64,000 nt of DNA from assembly GCA_963783345.1 (NCBI GenBank), contig CAWANE010000020.1:36236-100235 (forward strand), given 5' to 3'. The DNA comes from an uncultured Actinomycetes bacterium. Its GTDB lineage: Bacteria; Actinomycetota; Thermoleophilia; Solirubrobacterales; 70-9. The notes beneath the pieces are model-generated. The model had not been told where the DNA came from. It searched no databases and saw only the letters and a program-made list of their open reading frames with translations. A program made the translations under genes and the position numbers. Shown one piece after another: positions 26,321-34,407 of this stretch (the first letter of the stretch is position 1; every line of letters starts with the position of its first letter).

Positions 26321-26497
26321 TGCATCCCTTGGTGGCGGGGGTGGACGAGTGCAGGAGCGATCTTCCAGGAGCCTGGCTCGCGGCGCAAGCGCGCCGAGCG
26401 CGCCGGTGCTCGTCGCGGTCGGCGGGACCGGCGCCGGGTTGCCCGGCGCGCCCGCCTCTTGACGCCTCGCCGGGCCTCCGGCCGCAACCGGTTGCGA

Positions 26498-27349
26498 CTA
26501 CGGCATCTCGCCGACCAGGCCCGGATCCAGCTCCCAGTCGGAGGGATCGGCCTGCGACTGGTCGGCAACCGGCCTCGCCCCGCTGCGCGGCGGCGCCGGC
26601 TGGTAGCGCTGCGGTTTGTAGAGCCAGGAGACCACGTTGATCCAGATGTCCACGAGCGAGTTACGGACGCCGATGAAGGCGACGAGGTTGACCGGCAGCA
26701 GCAGCAGGTTGAACCCGTAGATGCGGGCCGCGTCGAGGCGCTTGTAGCCGCAGTAGCGCAGGTCGACCGCCATCGCCAGGAAGTACGGCACCGCGACGGC
26801 GAAGGTCAGCGGCGACAGCAGGCGACCGTCGAACGGGATCACCATCAGGCAGAGGACGAACAGCGAGCTCCAGAACCCCGAGGCCATGTAGTTGAGGCGC
26901 AGCAGCAGCTCGCCGATGGTGGTGCGTTCGTCGCGCTCGCGGCGGCGGCGCACGCAGCGCCACAGCTTGGGCACGATCAGCAGCCCGCCGTTGGCCCAGC
27001 GGTGGCGCTGGATGCACAGCGAGCCGAAGTCGGGCGGGGTCGCGCGGTAGGCGAGGCGCTCGGGGTAGTTGTGCAGGGACCAGCCGTGGGCGGCGAGGTC
27101 GATCGCCGACTCGGTGTCCTCGATCACGGTCCGGTCGGAGATGTAGCGGTGGATCTGGAACGCGCCCTTGTACTCGGTCTCGACGATGTCGTCGAGCGCG
27201 CGCTTGCGCAGGACGGCGCTGGCCCCCACCCAGAACGAGGCGGCGTGGTAGGTCATCCCCTGGTGGATGATGTGCTGCAGGTCGGTGGTCGCGCCGGCGA
27301 TCCGCTCGAGGCGGGTGGCGTCGCCGAGGTCGGTCGGGTTGGCGGACAC
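26498..27349 (-). pseudogene. 5'-truncated family-2 (cellulose-synthase-like) glycosyltransferase remnant
   Basis: Retains IEDTES (TED motif), QRHRWANG (Q-x-x-RW) and the C-terminal TM helices. It lacks the whole N-terminal nucleotide-binding half with DxD. The frame closes at a TGA at 27386-27388. Confidence 0.6.
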
Positions 27350-27461
27350 AACAGTGATGAGGCACTTGTCGCTGAGGTCTGTCTGTCAAAGGTCGGCAAT
27401 GGCACGGCGGCTGGCGTTCCACCCCGGAAGGAGGCACCAGCAGAAGGCCGAATAGCGTCTG

Positions 27462-30218
27462 GTGCACCTGACGAGATGCCGACGTGATCCCCGCGCAGGT
27501 GCCTTCGCCCTCGCTCTCCTCGTTTGTTTGACGGCTGCCGTCGCAATCGCCCCGCCGGGGGTGGCCATGGCTGCGACCGGCGCCACGGGAAGGCCCGGCC
27601 GGAACCTGGGCGGTAGAGCGATCGTCCCCGTCGTCGCCGAGGCAGGGGGTGTCTCCCTGCACGAAAGGCAGAGGGGCGCCCGTGTCCGGATCTTCGCGCC
27701 CGCCGGCCGACACGGCGGTCGGCACCTGGTGGGCAGGGGCCGCACCGGTTCGGCAGGGGTTGCGCTCGTCGTGCTCCGACGCCGCAGGGTGCCGAAGCGC
27801 ATCCTGGTGGTCGTCGGCAGGGGACGCCTTCTCGGTGGGCGCTTCGGTGGGCACATGAAGGCGCGCGTCGTCTCGTCACGTGCCCACACGGTCTTCGTCT
27901 CCCCGGTCTCCTCCCTGGTAGTGCAATACATGGCCGACCACCCGAACCGTTCCGTCCGCGCGGCGCGGCGCGCGGTGCGCCGATCCCTGGGGATCCCCGG
28001 CTTCTTCGACTTCTCGGGAGATCTGGCCGATCGACGGCTGTTCGACGGGCGCTCGTTCGTCCGGCGCGCCAGGAGCCATGGAGGCTTCGACCGGTTCGTC
28101 CGCCGCCGCGCGCGGCATCTGGGAAGGAAGCGCGCTGGCGCCTCCGCCCTGATCGGCGAGGGCTGCTGGCAGGAAGCAGCCCAGACAACCGCCGGCTTCG
28201 CCGAGCTGATGGGGTTCTCGGGCGTGCCGTCGCCTCCGGCTCTTCCGTCGTGCCTCGGAGGTGGGGCGGGCGCCGGCGCGTCGATCGCCGACCACGACGT
28301 CGCCCACGCCTCGGGCGTACCCGGACTGGAAGCGTTCGGAGTCCTCACGTCGGTCGTGAGCCTGATCTACGGGGTCACCTCCGGTCATGGCACCGCCGCC
28401 CAGCTCGCCGAAATCAAGACGCAGCTGAACGAAGTCCAGGCGGAACTCCAGGACATCCAGGCGGAGCTCGGCGGTCTGCAGACCGCCGTGGCCGAAGTCA
28501 AGGCGAGCGGGATCAGCGAGACCGAGAGCAACCTGATCGCCGACGCGGTACCGACGGTCAACGAGATCAAGGAGTCCGGCGACGACGCGATGGCTCTGGT
28601 TGGCGCCATTTCCCAGGTGCTCTGCAAGCCCGGCAAGGGGTGCAGCGAGCCCGAAGGATCGACGAACCTCGGGCAGGCGCTGAAGAAGGCCTGCAAGAAG
28701 AACAAGAGCCAGGAATGCAAGACCTACGAGCGTCAGCTCGAAGTGACGGTCAGGGACCTGAAGGGCTCGAAGCCGCGAGCGGCGGTCGAAGATCTCGGCT
28801 CCTGGGCGGACGGCTCGGCGGTCAGCGGTGTCAACGACCCCGCAATCGTCCAGTACTCCCTCCAGCAGGGCGCCGCCGGCGAACAGTTCTTCAAGACCTC
28901 CAACGCCGCAGATGCGCGCCTCCAGTGGGCCTACTACACGCTCTACTCAGCCTACGCGCAGACCACCCTCGCGACCGTGTTGAGCCTGGGCATCGGTCAG
29001 CAGAACCCCGACTCGCTCGCCTCCAAGCCGGCGAAGATCACGCCGGAAATCGTCCGCGAAGAAGTTGACCGGCTCAACAGGCCGATCGGCCTGCAGATGA
29101 CGGTCTTCCCGAACATGCCGGACACTGCGGTGATCGACACCAACGCCGGCGCCACCGATGGCGATCCCCCCTACATGTTCCCGCAGCAGGTGGGTGCCCT
29201 GGCCAGCGCCAGGGCCTACGGACTCGGAGCCGAATACGCGATCAACCAGTCGGGCGTCGCCGCCGGCGCGATCCATTCTCCGAAGGAAAGCCAGGTCTAT
29301 GTCACCACCCTGCAGACCGGGGCCGAACCGCCCGTGGTGATGACACCGGCCGCCGCGAGCGGGGAAACCTGGGAACTTCTGCCCGAAGGGGGTGGGCGCT
29401 CGCGCCCCCCGGCGATGAGCACCGCGACCTTCTCGGACTGGGAGCTGGCGGGCGCCACCAAGCCGGCCGCTCTGCCGGAGTGGAATGAAGCGACCCTTAA
29501 GGTCGAACCTCAGGAAGCGCCTCTGACCGGACCGCTACCCGACCTGTATGGCAACGCCAAGCCTGCCCCCGGCGACACCCGTGGACAGTGGATGACCTCC
29601 GAGTCGGGGATCGAATCCAGGCTGCTCACGCCCGAGGGGACGGGATACGGCTCAGAGGAGAGCGGCATCCTTCCCTACTACGGCAAGTCCGGCACCGACG
29701 CGAAGGAACCCGGCCTCGATTTCGTCTCCTGCGCCCCCGAAGGAGACGAAGAATGCCTGTTGCCGACCTGGCAGTCGATCGCCGTCGACCCTTATGACCA
29801 GGTCACCTCGGGCCAGACCTACAACTCGGGGTCCAGCCAGATCAACACCGGCCTCTTCGACCTCAACAGTGGTGTGGCGATCGCCAACCAGCAGGGACAC
29901 CGGAAGAATGAATCCCGCGGCTACTACGAAGAACTCCCCTCGAATCCGACGGCCTTCCTCAACCAATATCCGAACTGGTCCGAACCGGTCGAACTCCGAG
30001 GAGTTCTCTTCTTCGGCTTCCTGAACGCGATGGACAGTGGCGAAACGAATGGTCGACTGGTCGCCCCCTCGGTGAGCACGAAGGGACGACCCGTGCTCTT
30101 CGACCGCGAGCAGACGGCGAACGACTGCTTTTACTGGACGCCGTCGGGGAATGGCTCCGCGGCCTACGGCAGCGGCTGCCTGCGACGGCGGGAACACAGC
30201 GAAGAAATCCTGCCCTAG
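27462..30218 (+). CDS. Large secreted protein (918 aa) of unknown function with a coiled-coil segment
   Basis: Signal peptide AFALALLVCLTAAVAIAPPGVAMA. Heptad-like segment AQLAEIKTQLNEVQAELQDIQAELGGLQTAVAEVK. Lys/Cys cluster KKACKKNKSQECK. The start (GTG 27462) is uncertain. Confidence 0.65.
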   Translation: MHLTRCRRDPRAGAFALALLVCLTAAVAIAPPGVAMAATGATGRPGRNLGGRAIVPVVAEAGGVSLHERQRGARVRIFAPAGRHGGRHLVGRGRTGSAGVALVVLRRRRVPKRILVVVGRGRLLGGRFGGHMKARVVSSRAHTVFVSPVSSLVVQYMADHPNRSVRAARRAVRRSLGIPGFFDFSGDLADRRLFDGRSFVRRARSHGGFDRFVRRRARHLGRKRAGASALIGEGCWQEAAQTTAGFAELMGFSGVPSPPALPSCLGGGAGAGASIADHDVAHASGVPGLEAFGVLTSVVSLIYGVTSGHGTAAQLAEIKTQLNEVQAELQDIQAELGGLQTAVAEVKASGISETESNLIADAVPTVNEIKESGDDAMALVGAISQVLCKPGKGCSEPEGSTNLGQALKKACKKNKSQECKTYERQLEVTVRDLKGSKPRAAVEDLGSWADGSAVSGVNDPAIVQYSLQQGAAGEQFFKTSNAADARLQWAYYTLYSAYAQTTLATVLSLGIGQQNPDSLASKPAKITPEIVREEVDRLNRPIGLQMTVFPNMPDTAVIDTNAGATDGDPPYMFPQQVGALASARAYGLGAEYAINQSGVAAGAIHSPKESQVYVTTLQTGAEPPVVMTPAAASGETWELLPEGGGRSRPPAMSTATFSDWELAGATKPAALPEWNEATLKVEPQEAPLTGPLPDLYGNAKPAPGDTRGQWMTSESGIESRLLTPEGTGYGSEESGILPYYGKSGTDAKEPGLDFVSCAPEGDEECLLPTWQSIAVDPYDQVTSGQTYNSGSSQINTGLFDLNSGVAIANQQGHRKNESRGYYEELPSNPTAFLNQYPNWSEPVELRGVLFFGFLNAMDSGETNGRLVAPSVSTKGRPVLFDREQTANDCFYWTPSGNGSAAYGSGCLRRREHSEEILP

Positions 30219-30261
30219 TCCCGTCCCCAATATCTCCGGCGCCGGCGGCAGGCACGGGACT
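30217..30261. terminator. Hairpin between convergent genes
   Basis: AGTCCCGT (30217-30224) pairs with ACGGGACT (30254-30261). The loop contains the CCGGCGCCGG palindrome. Confidence 0.35.
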
Positions 30262-30973
30262 ACACGGACCCGATGATCCGCTCGCGCTGGGCGCGGTACT
30301 CCTCAGGGCTGACCAGGCCGCGGCGGCGCAGGTCCTCGAGCTGCTCCAGCCGCTGCGCGGGGTCGGCCTCGGAGCCCTCGATCGGCGAGTCCCAGTCGAT
30401 CGCGATCTGCTCCTCCTCTCCGGGCACGACCTTGGCCCGAAAGCCGTCGCCGAGGCGGATATCGGCGAGCGCGGTGTGGGGGACGGTCGCCTTCTTCTTC
30501 ACACGGTAGGAGGGCAGGCCCTCCGGCTCGACCAGGAGGTCGAACTCGATCCGCGGCTGCTCGTTGATGTAGGTGCCGGTCTGGCGCTTGCCCTCGATCG
30601 TCACCGTGGCGGCGCAGACCGGTTCGCCCCGCTGCTCGGCCACCTCGACTCCGCCGCTGCTGCGGAGCAGGCCGCCGAGCGCCGCCAGGGCGAGCTCGAC
30701 GGCGCCGACCCCGATCGGCAGCCAGCGCCAGGCGCGGTGGTCTTCGAAGCCGATTTCGAGCAGCCCGATCGCCAGCGAGGCGGCGCCGACCGCGAGGAAG
30801 AACGCCGTGGTCACCCCGAGCCCGGGTTTCTCCCCGGGCGCCAGGTCGCGGGTCACCGTCGCCCAGACCAGCAGTCCCAGGACGACCCAGACCCCGCCGG
30901 TGAGCAGCAGGCCGGGCACGCCGAGAACCACGCCCGCCGCCGCGACGAGCGCACCGAGGGTTGCCAGTTTCAT
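30260..30973 (-). CDS. Membrane protein with C-terminal SHOCT domain
   Basis: Four N-terminal TM helices. C-terminus is LEQLEDLRRRGLVSPEEYRAQRERIIG. Confidence 0.7.
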   Translation of the reverse strand: MKLATLGALVAAAGVVLGVPGLLLTGGVWVVLGLLVWATVTRDLAPGEKPGLGVTTAFFLAVGAASLAIGLLEIGFEDHRAWRWLPIGVGAVELALAALGGLLRSSGGVEVAEQRGEPVCAATVTIEGKRQTGTYINEQPRIEFDLLVEPEGLPSYRVKKKATVPHTALADIRLGDGFRAKVVPGEEEQIAIDWDSPIEGSEADPAQRLEQLEDLRRRGLVSPEEYRAQRERIIGSV

Positions 30974-31088
30974 CCGGCTCCCATTCTTTCGCAGACCCGG
31001 CTTCTACTCGGTGGCGGTGAGCTCGTTGTTCGCAATCCCGTAGAGCCAGATGACGGCGGGGCCCTTCTCCGCCCGAAAGCGCTCCGGG

Positions 31089-31463
31089 TCAGCCCGCCGA
31101 CTCGGCCGCCTCGATCGCCGTCGCCAGCCGCTCCAGGCTCGCCGCGTCGAGCGCCGCTTCGACCGCCGGGAGGAGCTCTCGCTCCTCGAAGCGAACGTGG
31201 TCGTGGAGGAGGTCCCCGAGCTGCCGGATCTGCTCGGCCGTCAGCTCGCCGTCCCCCAGCCGCAGCGCTTCGCGGCGGATCGCCAGGTGCTCCTCGAGCA
31301 TCCGCGAGACGCCGGCCCGGTCGACCTCGGCGTGCACCGCCCAGCCGGGAAGCAGGGTCTCCTCCTCGACCCGGAAGTGGCGCCGGCCATCCTCGCGCCA
31401 GAAGTCGAGGAAGCCCCGAGCCGCCTCCGCGGCGTCGTCGGCCTCCCGCAGCTTCTTCGCCAC
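31089..31463 (-). CDS. Hemerythrin-like domain protein (true start probably upstream, possibly CTG 31502)
   Basis: H/E-rich helices (HFRVEEE, EEHLAIR, LHDHVRFEEREL). The frame is open upstream through CPLSREH, which would hold the first ligand helix, with no canonical start there. Confidence 0.6.
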   Translation of the reverse strand: MAKKLREADDAAEAARGFLDFWREDGRRHFRVEEETLLPGWAVHAEVDRAGVSRMLEEHLAIRREALRLGDGELTAEQIRQLGDLLHDHVRFEERELLPAVEAALDAASLERLATAIEAAESAG

Positions 31464-31696
31464 CAGGAGGGCGGCCAGGTGCTCGCGGGACAGGGGGCAC
31501 AGCGCCTCGGCTCCCCTGGTCTATCGCGAGGACGTTCGGCCCCATCGCGCTCAGCGGCTCGCCGCCGCGGGCAGCTCCGCCGAGCGCCCCTCTCGCCACT
31601 CGCCGACGTAGTCGGCGCAGCGGGTGAAGGCGACGCCGCCGTGGCCGGCAAATCGCTTCCTGCGGATCAGGGCCCACATAGGCTTGGAGCTGGTCG

Positions 31697-32122
31697 ATGA
31701 GTCCCATGAACGACGAACTCGCAGCGCTTGTCGGCGGACGGATCCGCCGGCTTCGACTCGATTCCGGGCTCGGGCTGAGGGAGGCGGCCGGGCAGATCGG
31801 GATCGCTCCCTCGGCCCTCTCGGCGCTGGAGAACCACCGCGGGGGAATGTCGATCAGCCGCCTCCAGCTGGTGGCCGGCCACTTCGGCCTCAGCCTGACC
31901 GACCTGCTGCAGGCCGAGGAAGGCGAGGAGGCCGACGGCGCCGGCCGCAAGCCGGAAGTGTTCCGGCGGGCGATGGTCAGCACCGACGCCGTCGACGACG
32001 AGACCTACCGCCTCGAGCAGGGCGACGCGATCCGCTTCCGGACCGAGCGCGGCTACGCCTACCGCAACCCGTCCGATCAGTCGATGGCGCTGGCCCTCGT
32101 GGCGCTCTGCCGACCCTGGTGA
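31697..32122 (+). CDS. XRE-HTH plus cupin-domain transcriptional regulator
   Basis: GLGLREAAGQIGIAPSALSALENH, with a C-terminal cupin-like segment LEQGDAIRFRTERGYAYRN. Confidence 0.75.
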   Translation: MSPMNDELAALVGGRIRRLRLDSGLGLREAAGQIGIAPSALSALENHRGGMSISRLQLVAGHFGLSLTDLLQAEEGEEADGAGRKPEVFRRAMVSTDAVDDETYRLEQGDAIRFRTERGYAYRNPSDQSMALALVALCRPW

Positions 32123-32153
32123 GCAGCGCCCGGCGCTGCCCCCGGGCCGGCGC

Positions 32154-33320
32154 TCATGCTCCCCTCCGCGGGTCCATCGCCCGGGAGATGACCACCCGCT
32201 GGATCTCGTTGGTGCCCTCGTAGATCTGGGTGATCTTGGCGTCGCGCATCATCCGCTCCAGCGGGTACTCCTTGACGTAGCCGTAGCCGCCGAGGATCTG
32301 CACCGCGTCCACCGTCACCTTCATCGCGTTGTCGGAGGCGAACAGCTTCGCCATCGAGGAGTACTTGCCCAGCTCCGGGTCGTTGCGGTCGGCCAGCGCG
32401 CAGGCCTTGTAGAGCAGCTCGCGGGCGGCGGCCGTGCCGGTCTCCATGTCGGCGAGCTTGAACTGGGTGTTCTGGAAGTCGAGGATCGGCTGCTTGAAGG
32501 CGACCCTCTCGGCGGCGTAGTCGCGGGCGTAGTCGATCGCCCCCTGGGCGATCCCGACCGCCTGGGCGGCGGCGCCGAGCCGGGTCCGCTCGAGCGTGCC
32601 GAGGGCGACGCGCAGGCCGCGGCCGACCTCGCCGATCACGTTCTCCTGCGGCACCCGGACGCCGTCGAAGGTGGGCGAGCCGGTCGGCGAGCCGTGGATG
32701 CCGAGCTTGCGCTCGAGCTTGCCGACCGAAAAGCCGGGGCGGTCGGCCTCGACCACAAAGGCCGTGATCCGCCGCGCCTCGCGGTCGGTGACCGCGAAGA
32801 CGACGTAGAAGTCGGCGATCGAGGCGTTGGTGATCCAGTTCTTGGCCCCGTCGATCACCCACTCGTCGCCGTCGAGGACGGCGCTGGTCCGCATCGAGGC
32901 GGGGTCCGAGCCGGCTTCGGGCTCCGAGAGGGCGAAGGCCGGCGACCACTCGCCGCTCGCGCACCTGGGCAGGAGGCGCTGTTTCAGCTCGTCGGAGCCG
33001 AACAGGGTGATCGGCAGCGTCCCCAGCTCCTGCACCATCAGCATCAGGGCCGAGGAGGCGCAGGCCTTGGCGATCTCCTCGACCGCCATCTGCTGCATCA
33101 GGGTCCCGGTGCCGGTGCCGCCGAACTGCTCGGCGAAGGGCAGGGCGAGGATGTCGTGGGAGGCGAACAGCTCGCGGATGTCGCGCGGGTACTCGCCGGT
33201 CTCGTCGATCTCCGCCGCCCGCGGGGCGACCCGCTCGCGGACGATCTGGCGGATCGTGTCGCGGAAGTCGAGCAGGTCCTGCGGGATCGCGTACACGTCG
33301 GAAGCGGTCATCTCGGTCAC
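32154..33320 (-). CDS. Acyl-CoA dehydrogenase
   Basis: Full-length ACAD with C-terminal ITQIYEGTNEIQRVVISR. The start (GTG 33320) overlaps the hbd stop, and ATG 33311 is an alternative. Confidence 0.9.
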   Translation of the reverse strand: MTEMTASDVYAIPQDLLDFRDTIRQIVRERVAPRAAEIDETGEYPRDIRELFASHDILALPFAEQFGGTGTGTLMQQMAVEEIAKACASSALMLMVQELGTLPITLFGSDELKQRLLPRCASGEWSPAFALSEPEAGSDPASMRTSAVLDGDEWVIDGAKNWITNASIADFYVVFAVTDREARRITAFVVEADRPGFSVGKLERKLGIHGSPTGSPTFDGVRVPQENVIGEVGRGLRVALGTLERTRLGAAAQAVGIAQGAIDYARDYAAERVAFKQPILDFQNTQFKLADMETGTAAARELLYKACALADRNDPELGKYSSMAKLFASDNAMKVTVDAVQILGGYGYVKEYPLERMMRDAKITQIYEGTNEIQRVVISRAMDPRRGA

Positions 33321-34192
33321 GAGGCCACCGCCTCGCGGCCCCGAGCGTACTCGTAGAAACCGCGACCGGACTTGCGGCCGATCCGCCCCGAGGCGACCAT
33401 CCGCTTCAGCAGCGGCGGCGGCGCGTACTCGGTCCGCTTGAACTCCTCGTAGAGCGAGTCGCCGATCGCGTAGAGGACGTCGAGGCCGATGAAGTCGCTG
33501 AGCGTCAGCGGCCCCATCGGGTGGCCGCAGCCGAGCTGCATCCCCTCGTCGATCGCCTCACGGGTGGCGAAGCCCTCTTCGAACATCCGCACCCCGGCCA
33601 TCAGGTAGGGGACGAGCAGCATGTTGACGATGAAGCCGGAGCGGTCCTTGGTCTCGATCGGGCGCTTGCCGAGCCGCTCGGCGAACTCGCGCGCCGTGGC
33701 GATCGCCTCCTCGCCGGTGTCGAGGGCGACGACGAGCTCGACCAGCCGCATCACCGGCACCGGGCTGAAGAAGTGCAGCCCGAGCACGCGCTCGGGCCGG
33801 TGGATGCCGGCCGCCAACTGGGCGATCGGGATCGAGGAGGTGTTGGAGGCGATCAGCGTCCGCTCGGAGACGTAGCCGGCGACCTGGGCGAGGATGTTGG
33901 CCTTCAGCTCGGCGTTCTCCGGCACCGCCTCGATCACCAGGTCGGCTGCCGAGATCGCCTCGAGATCGGCGGTGAGGGTGAGCCGGCCGAGGATCGCGTC
34001 GCGCTCGGTCTCGTCGATCTTGCCGCCCGCGACCGCGCGCTGCAGCGACTTCTCGATCCGGACGCGGGCCGCCTCGACGGCGGCGTCGTCGACGTCGCGG
34101 ACGGTGACGGGAAGGCCGGCGCGGGCGACCGACTCGGCGATCCCGGAGCCCATCAGGCCGCCCCCGAGGACGGCGACTGTCTCTACGCTCAC
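33317..34192 (-). CDS. hbd: 3-hydroxyacyl/3-hydroxybutyryl-CoA dehydrogenase
   Basis: NAD fold VAVLGGGLMGSGIA and typical length. Confidence 0.9.
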   Translation of the reverse strand: MSVETVAVLGGGLMGSGIAESVARAGLPVTVRDVDDAAVEAARVRIEKSLQRAVAGGKIDETERDAILGRLTLTADLEAISAADLVIEAVPENAELKANILAQVAGYVSERTLIASNTSSIPIAQLAAGIHRPERVLGLHFFSPVPVMRLVELVVALDTGEEAIATAREFAERLGKRPIETKDRSGFIVNMLLVPYLMAGVRMFEEGFATREAIDEGMQLGCGHPMGPLTLSDFIGLDVLYAIGDSLYEEFKRTEYAPPPLLKRMVASGRIGRKSGRGFYEYARGREAVAS

Positions 34193-34254
34193 TTGAACCT
34201 CCTAGGGCTGCTCGGAGGCGCCGGGGTCAGCGGCGTCCGGGCAATACGTGGCTT

Positions 34255-34272
34255 ACAGATAGTTGGAATGCC
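34255..34272 (-). promoter_or_regulatory. Conserved 18-nt box upstream of hbd-acd (copy 1)
   Basis: ACAGATAGTTGGAATGCC matches ACAGATAGTAGGAATACC at 37816-37833 in 16 of 18 positions. Confidence 0.45.
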
Positions 34273-34332
34273 GCCTATGCTACTCCGCGCGCGGGTCGGG
34301 CGCCAAAGTCCCCCCTGAAGGGACTATCGCGC

Positions 34333-34354
34333 CCCGGCCGTGTACTCGGCCGGG
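34333..34354 (-). terminator. Hairpin about 55 nt downstream of icmF
   Basis: CCCGGCCG-TGTACT-CGGCCGGG. Confidence 0.45.
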
Positions 34355-34407
34355 TAGTCGAGCTCGGCGAGGGCGGTCTCCTTCGGGACCCCGCCCACGG
34401 GGCGAAG

